A stretch of DNA of 64,000 nucleotides from Nitrososphaeraceae archaeon (lineage in GTDB: Archaea; Thermoproteota; Nitrososphaeria; Nitrososphaerales; Nitrososphaeraceae): the NCBI GenBank assembly GCA_044870765.1, contig JBIOZG010000024.1, forward strand, positions 14,818 through 78,817. The letters are read 5' to 3'. The translations under genes and the position numbers were made by a program. Positions 8,052 to 16,207 of this stretch are shown one piece after another (positions within the stretch are counted from its first letter, which is position 1; every line of letters starts with the position of its first letter). The notes under the pieces are model-generated. The model worked only from the letters and a program-made list of their open reading frames with translations. It ran no database searches and had not been told where the DNA came from.

Positions 8052-9917
8052 TTGGAACAATTCGACGTAGCTATTGTAGGGGGAGGTTCTGCAGGGCTAT
8101 CAGCATTAAAAAAATTATCAGATCTAAACAAAAGTGCCATTTTAATCGAAGCAGGTGATAAAATAGGAACCAAAAACGTTTCGGGTGGAATTTTGTATTC
8201 TAAAAATGATCCCCCTGGAAGGATCTTCAATGTCGAAGACGTTTTTGGAGAAGACTTTGAATCGAGTGCACCAATAGAGAGATTAATAAAGAAATATTAT
8301 CTTCATGCTACATCCGGCAACAAAATCTTTACAATGGATTTAACTCCACTTCACGAGTACAAGACGAATTTCGGTTTTTCTGTTCTTCTAAATAGATTAA
8401 ATCCATGGCTTGCGGAGAGAGCTTCTGAATCAGCTGAGAAACAAGGTGGAGGAATTATCACGGGGGTACACGTTTCTGATATACAATGGATAGAGAACAA
8501 GACCATCGTTACGACAAATGAGTTGGAAGATTTCCAAGTAAAATCAATAATTGCAGCTGATGGAATAAACTCTGAAGTAGCGGAAATTACCTCGGCTAGA
8601 GGCAAATTCAATCCAGAAGAAGTTTACTTTGGTGTTAAAGTAATAATAAAACTACCCGAGAAAATAATAGAAGAGAGATTTCATCTTGATTCGTTAGAAG
8701 GAGCTGCACATCTATTTGCAGGTGATATTACGTTGAATCATGTGGGCGGCGGGTTCCTCTATACAAATCGCGAAACATTATCACTTGGAGCCGTGTACCA
8801 TCATAATTCGCTTTTATCAAATCCTGTTACTCCAGCTGAGCTAGTTGACGAATTAATCAAGAATCCGCTGGTTAGCGAATATATCAAGGACGAAGTCCCA
8901 GCTAGAAGCGAGAATAACGATCTTTCAAAGGAAGATCAGCTCAAAGTTCAGCTCAGCGTAAGCAAACTAATAAAGACATACAACGACTTGAGGTACAAAT
9001 ATTTTTCCAAAAATAATGGTGCGCTGATAGAATCTGGAAGATTCAATAATACAGAGGAAATCAAATCAAGAATCGACAGTATAAAACAAGATCTAACTGA
9101 AAAATATGGCGTTCAGTTTGTTAATAATTATGTTGAGCTTGAATATAGTGCTAAATTAATTCCCGATGGCAAAAGATGCGTGATGAAAAGACCCTATTAC
9201 AAAAACGTTTTATTCATAGGAGATGCTGCTGGTAGGGGTATCTTCATAGGTCCAAAAATAGAAGGCATCAATGTTGGTATAGATGATGCAGTAAGGGCCT
9301 CTATTGCTATTTCACGCTCAATAGAAAATAATAATTTTGATTCAGATTACTTAGGAAACTACTATCAGTCCATGATTAACGAGAGTCCATACACTAGACA
9401 AATGATTAAAATAGACGAGGGATATTTGAGTTTGTTTCTCGATTTAGTAAAAGATATTTCCTTCGGTTCTGCCAATCCGGGATTTGAATTTGGTCTACGG
9501 ATGATGAAAAATAAGAGATTCAGGGAAACCGCTCTTCGACTTGCAAATATATTGGGTTATAAAAGGATTTTACCAATTATAGAATCAGAAAGGAGCTATG
9601 TTAAAGTACCGATGCAATTGGCAGACAGACTTGGCAAAGTAGTCACCTCGTCATACATGCCGGAAATACCTACACTATCCGAAAGAATAGCAAAATTGCA
9701 GTACAATGACGATACTGAATCACACATTACTGTTAATGATAAGAGGAGTGAATTTATGAAAAAGATGATATTGTTATGTCCTACAAAATGCTATAGCCTT
9801 GAAGAAAAAGACGTAGTGTTACAACATGAAGGTTGTGTGGAATGCGGGACATGTTCGATTGGAACTCTATGGAGACATCCGAAAGGTGAAATGGGAATAA
9901 GATATAGATATGGTTAG
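8052..9917 (+). CDS. fixC: FixC-like flavoprotein fused to a FixX-like ferredoxin (ETF:quinone oxidoreductase-like)
   Basis: VGGGSAG, GTKNVSGG, AADG, GGGFLYTN, EYSAKLIP and GDAAG motifs, then C-terminal CPTKCY...CVECGTC...W.HP.G..G..YRYG. Confidence 0.9.
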   Translation: MEQFDVAIVGGGSAGLSALKKLSDLNKSAILIEAGDKIGTKNVSGGILYSKNDPPGRIFNVEDVFGEDFESSAPIERLIKKYYLHATSGNKIFTMDLTPLHEYKTNFGFSVLLNRLNPWLAERASESAEKQGGGIITGVHVSDIQWIENKTIVTTNELEDFQVKSIIAADGINSEVAEITSARGKFNPEEVYFGVKVIIKLPEKIIEERFHLDSLEGAAHLFAGDITLNHVGGGFLYTNRETLSLGAVYHHNSLLSNPVTPAELVDELIKNPLVSEYIKDEVPARSENNDLSKEDQLKVQLSVSKLIKTYNDLRYKYFSKNNGALIESGRFNNTEEIKSRIDSIKQDLTEKYGVQFVNNYVELEYSAKLIPDGKRCVMKRPYYKNVLFIGDAAGRGIFIGPKIEGINVGIDDAVRASIAISRSIENNNFDSDYLGNYYQSMINESPYTRQMIKIDEGYLSLFLDLVKDISFGSANPGFEFGLRMMKNKRFRETALRLANILGYKRILPIIESERSYVKVPMQLADRLGKVVTSSYMPEIPTLSERIAKLQYNDDTESHITVNDKRSEFMKKMILLCPTKCYSLEEKDVVLQHEGCVECGTCSIGTLWRHPKGEMGIRYRYG

Positions 9918-9926
9918 TTAATCTAT

Positions 9927-10475
9927 CTATGTTTTCCACTTAATAGAGCAACCGATTGATGGATCAAAGTCTTTTTCTATTGGTTCTCCGTTCAATACTT
10001 TTTTAATATTATTTTCCATTACATTCATCTGAGGAGTCATCTCAGGTTCCATTGCGTCGTTTATCTTTCCGTGAAAAACGAGCCTTCTGCTTTCATCGAA
10101 CAAGAATGGATCTGGGGTACACACTGCTCCATACGACTTTGCAACTTGTTGTGAATCATCTATAAGATATGGAAAATTCAAGTTATGTTCTTTGTAAAAC
10201 TTGACCATATTTTCAAAACCTTCGTCTTGATATGACGGATCATTACTATTTATTCCTACTATTTGTAATTCTGATTCTGGAAACTTGCCTTGTAGAGCTA
10301 CCAGATCTCCTATGCGAGCCTTAACATAAGGACAGTGATTGCAAATAAAAACTATCAAAAGGCATTTGCTTTTGAAATCTTCAAGTGAATATAATTTGTC
10401 ATCTGTTCCCTTTAAGCTGAAAGTGGGAGGATTGTTATTTTTTTTCAGAGTCTGATTTGATAGAGTTTTTACCAT
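9927..10475 (-). CDS. Thioredoxin-fold redoxin (AhpC/TSA-like)
   Basis: FICNHCPYV, GAVCTPD and SIGCSIKW motifs. Confidence 0.9.
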   Translation of the reverse strand: MVKTLSNQTLKKNNNPPTFSLKGTDDKLYSLEDFKSKCLLIVFICNHCPYVKARIGDLVALQGKFPESELQIVGINSNDPSYQDEGFENMVKFYKEHNLNFPYLIDDSQQVAKSYGAVCTPDPFLFDESRRLVFHGKINDAMEPEMTPQMNVMENNIKKVLNGEPIEKDFDPSIGCSIKWKT

Positions 10476-10728
10476 ATCTATAGTTCCTAACTATGTTTAA
10501 TAAATTGTTCAATTTCTCATAACCGCTGAAAGCGAAAAAATTATCAGTCAACCAAGAATGAATCTAAAATTTTGTTCCACGCAAAAAAATTTCATTCATA
10601 TTGTAAAAGATTCGAAGTGTTAAAAATTATGTTAATTTCTTCTATTACATATTTATAATATTCTGAGTAGAACTAAGATAAGCATAGTAAAGGTAGATGA
10701 CAATAGATAAATATTAATAGCATACCAT

Positions 10729-11679
10729 TTGTTTCAAATTTTGGAGGCTGCAAAGGTGATTAATCATACCGAAGACGAAATTTCATTTGAAAAAATTTTA
10801 GTTATAGGATTGGGTCAACTTGGTCTGCCTGTTGCAAAATATGTCAAGGAGAAAGGGTTTGATGTTTACGGATATGACAACAATGAGCGTGCCTTGGATA
10901 ATGCTGAAAAGCAATATGGCATCAAAAAAATTGACAATTTTAGCGACATTGATGTGTTTATAGTATGCATCTCGACTCATAGAGAAGATGACATTTCTTC
11001 GCCACAAATTGACGGATTGATGGCTATTACAAGAAAAATCGCGAAAGAGGCGACAAACGGAAAGCTAGTATCCATCGAAAGTACCGTACCACGAGGCACA
11101 ACTAGAAAAATGTTTGAAATTCTGGAACATCGTTTTCACGTAGTTCATGCCCCGCACAGGTGGTACGCTTTAGAGGAAAATGTTCACGGCGTAAATCAAT
11201 TACGTGTGATAGGCGGTGTTTGTGACTGTTGTCTTCGCACCGGTATCAGATTTTATGACGGAGTAGAGCACGCAGAGGAAAAGGAGAATTTAGGATACTA
11301 CAGGGGCAATAAATCATACAAGAGTCTTGGAATTCCCATGTATTCTGTTTCAACCGTAGAAATCGCAGAATTAAGTAAGATTGTCGAAAATGCTGACAGA
11401 TACCTGCAGATTGCATTTGCAGAGGATCTGTATATGTTCTGTAAGGCAAATGGCATATCATTTACAGAATTAAGAGATGCGGTAAATACAAAGTGGAATG
11501 TAAATATTCTTGAGCCGAGGGACGGGATTGGCGGTCATTGTATTCCTAAGGATACACGAATGTTTTTAGAATCCTCGGAAATTAAGAGTAAAATATTGAT
11601 TTCTGCTCAGGAAGTTGATAAAGATTACAGAAAATATATTGAAAGAATGATTAAAGACGTCAATCAAATAAACCATTAA
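10729..11679 (+). CDS. UDP-glucose/GDP-mannose dehydrogenase family protein (no C-terminal domain)
   Basis: VIGLGQLG, IESTVP.GT, AELSKIVEN..R...IAFA and GIGGHCIPKD motifs. The true start may be the downstream GTG. Confidence 0.8.
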   Translation: MFQILEAAKVINHTEDEISFEKILVIGLGQLGLPVAKYVKEKGFDVYGYDNNERALDNAEKQYGIKKIDNFSDIDVFIVCISTHREDDISSPQIDGLMAITRKIAKEATNGKLVSIESTVPRGTTRKMFEILEHRFHVVHAPHRWYALEENVHGVNQLRVIGGVCDCCLRTGIRFYDGVEHAEEKENLGYYRGNKSYKSLGIPMYSVSTVEIAELSKIVENADRYLQIAFAEDLYMFCKANGISFTELRDAVNTKWNVNILEPRDGIGGHCIPKDTRMFLESSEIKSKILISAQEVDKDYRKYIERMIKDVNQINH

Positions 11680-11801
11680 CTTTTCTACAATTGCTTTTGG
11701 GCGACTGAGATCCTATTACTTTTTTTTCAGCCCACTGTCGTTGAATGAAAAATCAGTTTTATAAAATTTGATTTAAATATTCAGAATATTTTTGTATTAT
11801 T

Positions 11802-12530
11802 ATGAGTAATGATAAATCAAAAGATAATCAAAGTGGGACAAAGAATGACAGAGATAGTACCAATATTCCCGCAACATATCTGAACTTTTCATTTTACAAA
11901 GTAGATTCAAAATGGAGGTGGCTGAACGATATAGGAAAGGATGAAGCTGCTAAGGAGTTTTCTTCGTTAATAGATGTCGCCAATACAAAGATGAAGGTTA
12001 GAACTTACTCCACAGTGGGTTTGAGAAAGGAATCTGACTTTATGCTATGGAGTATTTCAGATTCTATAGAAAAAATTCAATTACTAACTTCAAAAGTTTA
12101 CACTACCGTGCTTGGAAAATACATTGACGCATCAGATGTATATCTATCTGCAGCACGTCCATCAATTTATTCGAATAAAACTACTCCGGGTTTTATGGAA
12201 GATGAGTTGCCTTTGAAATACAATATTGTCTATCCATTCATCAAATCAAGAGAGTGGTATCTTCTTCCATATGAAAAAAGAAGTGAAATGATGAAAGAGC
12301 ATATTAATGTAGGTAGGAAATTTCCACAGATAAGATTGAATACCTCTTACTCATTTGGGATAGGGGATCAGGATTTCATGCTAGCTTTTGAGACGGACAA
12401 TTTGATGGACTTTCAGGAGTTGATCATCAAACTTCGAGAAACACAGGTAAGTAGATACATCGTGAGAGACACACCAATGATAGTCTGCGTTTATAAAAAA
12501 ATCTTTGACATCATTAAGAGCTTAGGTTGA
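11802..12530 (+). CDS. chdC: Chlorite dismutase-family haem protein, most likely coproheme decarboxylase (ChdC/HemQ)
   Basis: YPFIK..EWY.L...R..MM.EH and SFGIGDQDF motifs. Leu replaces the Cld distal Arg. Confidence 0.7.
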   Translation: MSNDKSKDNQSGTKNDRDSTNIPATYLNFSFYKVDSKWRWLNDIGKDEAAKEFSSLIDVANTKMKVRTYSTVGLRKESDFMLWSISDSIEKIQLLTSKVYTTVLGKYIDASDVYLSAARPSIYSNKTTPGFMEDELPLKYNIVYPFIKSREWYLLPYEKRSEMMKEHINVGRKFPQIRLNTSYSFGIGDQDFMLAFETDNLMDFQELIIKLRETQVSRYIVRDTPMIVCVYKKIFDIIKSLG

Positions 12531-13126
12531 GAATGCTAGCGCTTAAAGAATGGTCAATAGTATGTAAGGCCTTGGAATCGGGCAAACAATCAATATTGCT
12601 GCGTAAAGGTGGCATCTTAGAATACAAAAATGGGTTTGAGGTTAGTCAAAAAATATTCTTATTATATCCTACATTGGAACATCAAGCCGGGGAATATGTA
12701 CAAGCAAAATATCTACGAGAATTTGAAATTCAAAAAGCAAATGATGTGAATATCAAAGAAACAACAAATACAATTAGTATATTGGCAAGAATGGAAGCTA
12801 TACAAGAATTCGACGATGATTCGGTATTATCAAAATTAGAAAAGTATCATATATGGAATGAAAAGTACGTTAGAATGAGAATGAAATATAATCCAAAGAA
12901 ACCAATGAGTGCTCTCTTATTGAGAGTCTACAGGTTGCCTGAAAATATTTCAGTAGACGTGCGGCCAGAATGGGCGGGATGTAAGTCATGGATTGACATT
13001 GAGTTGTCAAAAAAATACGGAAAATCATATGAAGACGCTAACGAACTGTTGGATCAAAGTAAACCCATAATAAAAGACGAGGACTTTCGAAGGATTCATG
13101 CTAATTTCTTGGGGATTTGGAATTGA
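12527..13126 (+). CDS. DUF1802 family protein
   Basis: ALKEW...C.AL..G.Q.ILLRKGGI.E, LYPT.EHQ and GCKSW motifs. Confidence 0.85.
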   Translation: MRMLALKEWSIVCKALESGKQSILLRKGGILEYKNGFEVSQKIFLLYPTLEHQAGEYVQAKYLREFEIQKANDVNIKETTNTISILARMEAIQEFDDDSVLSKLEKYHIWNEKYVRMRMKYNPKKPMSALLLRVYRLPENISVDVRPEWAGCKSWIDIELSKKYGKSYEDANELLDQSKPIIKDEDFRRIHANFLGIWN

Positions 13127-14109
13127 AATACAGACGACTAGGAAAAAGCGATATTAAAGTCAGTGAAATTGGGTTTGGAGCATGGACGATTGGTCTGGAT
13201 TGGTGGGGTAAAAAAATAGAAGATGATGAAGCAATTAGTATGTTAAAAAGGGCCTTTGACAAGGGTATCAATTTCTTTGATACTGGAGATATGTACGGGA
13301 AGGGAAAAAGTGAAAAGTTAATGGGGATAGCCTTCAAAGGGATGAGAAATGATGTAGTTTATTCATCAAAGTGGGGATATGATATGTATAACGCCGAACA
13401 AATAGGACATAATGAGTTACCTCAAAAACATAACGTTGAGTATTTGCAATATGCTTTAGATAAGAGTTTAGAGAGACTTCAGACAGACTATATGGATGTC
13501 TATAGCCTTCATAATCCAAAAATGCAAGCTGTCACAAATAGGGAATTATTTACTGCACTCGATGGGCTTGTTACCAATGGTAAGATAAGAAGTCATGGTG
13601 TCGCTCTGGGTCCTGCCATAGGTTGGAGGGACGAAGGTCTGCATGCAATTAAGGAACATAATATTACCTGTTTGCAAACAGTTTATAATATCTTAGAACA
13701 AGATCCAGGAAATGATCTATTAAAAGCAGGAGAGGAAAAGAATGTTGGAATAATGGCTAGAGTACCTGACGCATCAGGAATTTTGACTGGTAAAGTTAAT
13801 GAGAATACGACGTTTAATAAAAATGATCATCGGAGCGTGAGAAAAAAGGAATGGATATCTGAAGCGCTCAAGAAAGTTGAAAATATGAAAACAATCGCAG
13901 ATAAGAAGGGATGGGACATCACTGAACTTGCAATTAAATTTATTCTGTCTCATAAACCAATTTCAGTTGTCTTACCTACCATGATTAGTATAGAAGAAAT
14001 TGATAAATTCTCAGAGATATCAGACGGAAAATATCTAGAAGACCACGAACTGGAACAGGTTTCCGAGATGTATGTCAACAACTTTTATGTAGTCCCTAAT
14101 AGTAAATAG
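13117..14109 (+). CDS. Aldo/keto reductase
   Basis: YRRLGKS..KVSEIGFG.W, GINFFDT.D.YG.G.SE and SLERLQTDY.D.Y.LH motifs. Confidence 0.93.
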   Translation: MELKYRRLGKSDIKVSEIGFGAWTIGLDWWGKKIEDDEAISMLKRAFDKGINFFDTGDMYGKGKSEKLMGIAFKGMRNDVVYSSKWGYDMYNAEQIGHNELPQKHNVEYLQYALDKSLERLQTDYMDVYSLHNPKMQAVTNRELFTALDGLVTNGKIRSHGVALGPAIGWRDEGLHAIKEHNITCLQTVYNILEQDPGNDLLKAGEEKNVGIMARVPDASGILTGKVNENTTFNKNDHRSVRKKEWISEALKKVENMKTIADKKGWDITELAIKFILSHKPISVVLPTMISIEEIDKFSEISDGKYLEDHELEQVSEMYVNNFYVVPNSK

Positions 14110-14342
14110 TTGAGTCAGATCTCGAAAACAACATTGTTTCATTCTAGCGAGAAGCCAAAAATACTGATTGTTGAGATCAGAGGTGTATCTTATTATCATT
14201 GGTTCTGCTCTACACCGTGCCTAGCTACCTAACTTAAGTCTAATTCATGAGAGTAAAATAAAAGAGATTAAAAAGTTCACCCGTATTGGAGCTAGCAATT
14301 TTATAGTAGATATGTCAGGTGTATTTCGTTATAGTAATGTTC

Positions 14343-14415
14343 GTACTAAAATTTTACCTTAATTAATGTACTAGTAATTTTACCTTGATTATCATACTGC
14401 AATTCGTTACCTAAT
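14343..14415. repeat. Three imperfect direct repeats with a period of about 25 bp
   Basis: GTACTAAAATTTTACCTTAATTA (14343), GTACTAGTAATTTTACCTTGATTA (14368) and ATACTGCAATTCGTTACCTAAT (14394). Confidence 0.5.
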
Positions 14416-14425
14416 CCAAATATAC

Positions 14426-14914
14426 TTGCTAACAGCTAAATTGAATTACTGCAGGGTCATGATAGGTAGAATTATTGCTCTTATTGTAATAAGTAGTATT
14501 TTATTCGCAGTGACGTCTATGCATGGCCATGCGTACGGAAGTTTGATCGTGAAATCAAACAACGCCAATAACATTCATCCTCAGCAATATTATACAATTG
14601 CTAGTCTGATTAATAATCAAACTACCAACAAAGAAATAATGATTGCACTCAAAACTCAAATAGAGAAATCCGATCCATTTGAATTAAGAGGCATCAATGA
14701 TGAAAAAGAAGTTCTCAATACAACTTCTATTAGACCTACCGACTCAAATAATCTTGATGTAAATGACCTTGACTCAAATGTCAATTCAAACTCAGACGAC
14801 ACGAATGACACGCCCGATGATGATGGTGATGAATGTAAATCTGATTGTCCTGGAAATTTAAACCCGACAAGGGAAGACATTCCATTTGAACTACCAAATA
14901 TTCCTTTTCCTTAA
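14426..14914 (+). CDS. Secreted low-complexity hypothetical protein
   Basis: Signal peptide (likely start ATG 14459), Asp/Asn-rich linker, CxxxC and C-terminal DIPFELPNIPFP. Confidence 0.65.
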   Translation: MLTAKLNYCRVMIGRIIALIVISSILFAVTSMHGHAYGSLIVKSNNANNIHPQQYYTIASLINNQTTNKEIMIALKTQIEKSDPFELRGINDEKEVLNTTSIRPTDSNNLDVNDLDSNVNSNSDDTNDTPDDDGDECKSDCPGNLNPTREDIPFELPNIPFP

Positions 14915-15019
14915 AAAATCAACTGGGTAATATATGAAAAGTGATTTGTTAGTCGCTTGAATTGTACTAAAAAAATATAAAAAACAAAAATAAGGGGAAT
15001 AAGATAGACTAGAATATAT

Positions 15020-15901
15020 ATGAATTTTGAAAGACCACTTATTTTTGACTTATCAGGAACACTTGTATTATTAATAATGTTCATCACTATCGAACATGGC
15101 GTTTATGCTATATCGATAAGTATAGAATCTCCTCTCAGCAATCAGCAGGTTCCTGTGGGTGAACTTAAAATATCTGGAACTTCTTCCGACAATTCATCTG
15201 CACAATGCCAGGTTTATGTAGACTGGAATAACTTAAAGCCCTATCAGCTCGCGACGCCGACGGGTTCGAACGGGACATCTGACTTTTCGACGTGGAGTTT
15301 CACATATACTTCCAAATATCATCTTATTCAAACGGGACTTAATGATTTGACATCAAAGATTACTTGCTTGGTTCCACCTGCCGGCCCGGCTGTTACTAAA
15401 TGGTTTAGCATCAATGTAACCGGAAGTTCTTCTCCTAACCAAACAAGCAACGTACAGTTACCATTACCAACTGCTAATAACAAAAGTCCAAGTTCTGCAA
15501 GTCCACAATCCTCTTCCTCACAATCAGAAATACCTATTGATACAACTAATACATCTTCCTCACAATCAGATACACCTATTGATACGACTGATACATCAAA
15601 TTCGGATAAAATATCTCTCGATCTTAGCGTAGAACATAATCCAATTTCAGCTGGAGACAGACAAACAATTTCTCTTACTGCGTCAGATCCCGTTTCTGGT
15701 AATAGCCTTGATAGGGTGTTTCTACGTTTAACCGTCAAAGATCCGTCCGGTAATATCGTAAAGGATTATACAGATAATGATGGTACACTTGAACCCTCCT
15801 TTAGAATCGACGAAGACGTAACTGGAACATTTTCAGTATTGGCAAGCGCCTCACAAGCAGGTATTGAAACTACAAAGTCAACGACCTTTGTTGTTCAGTA
15901 A
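15020..15901 (+). CDS. Secreted surface protein with two beta-sandwich (Ig-like) domains and an S/T-rich linker
   Basis: Signal peptide, a domain with a Cys pair (SGTSSDN..CQV...W.F...ITC), an S/T/P linker and a second beta-rich domain. Confidence 0.75.
   Translation: MNFERPLIFDLSGTLVLLIMFITIEHGVYAISISIESPLSNQQVPVGELKISGTSSDNSSAQCQVYVDWNNLKPYQLATPTGSNGTSDFSTWSFTYTSKYHLIQTGLNDLTSKITCLVPPAGPAVTKWFSINVTGSSSPNQTSNVQLPLPTANNKSPSSASPQSSSSQSEIPIDTTNTSSSQSDTPIDTTDTSNSDKISLDLSVEHNPISAGDRQTISLTASDPVSGNSLDRVFLRLTVKDPSGNIVKDYTDNDGTLEPSFRIDEDVTGTFSVLASASQAGIETTKSTTFVVQ
15512..15595 (+). repeat. Intragenic 2 x 42-bp tandem repeat
   Basis: Encodes SSSQSEIPIDTTNT / SSSQSDTPIDTTDT. Confidence 0.9.
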
Positions 15902-16207
15902 TGTATATCTCTATGTCTGTCAACACCTGAAATACTTTATAGATTTAGCCATTGAGCACGATAGTGTGTTCTCATAGAGCCAAGATCGTAAAATCAAAGC
16001 AATATATCAATTCCAAATTTTTTCATTAGAAAGATATCTCAGATTATACTTAACTAACTATTTATAAAATTCAATTTTAGCTTGCCACATTTTTGAAAGT
16101 ATTTAAAAATTGGCGTATAACCGTCTACGAATCGATCCATTCGTCGCTAGAATTAAAAACTAGACAATATAACATGCAATTAAGACATTATATAGTAGGT
16201 AATCATC

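Noticed and set aside
11802-12530. Chlorite dismutase call
   Set aside because: The catalytic distal Arg is replaced by Leu and the ChdC-type YPFxK motif is present.
14343-14415. Possible mini-CRISPR array
   Set aside because: The repeats are degenerate and nearly adjacent with no spacer-length unique sequence, and no cas genes are in the window.
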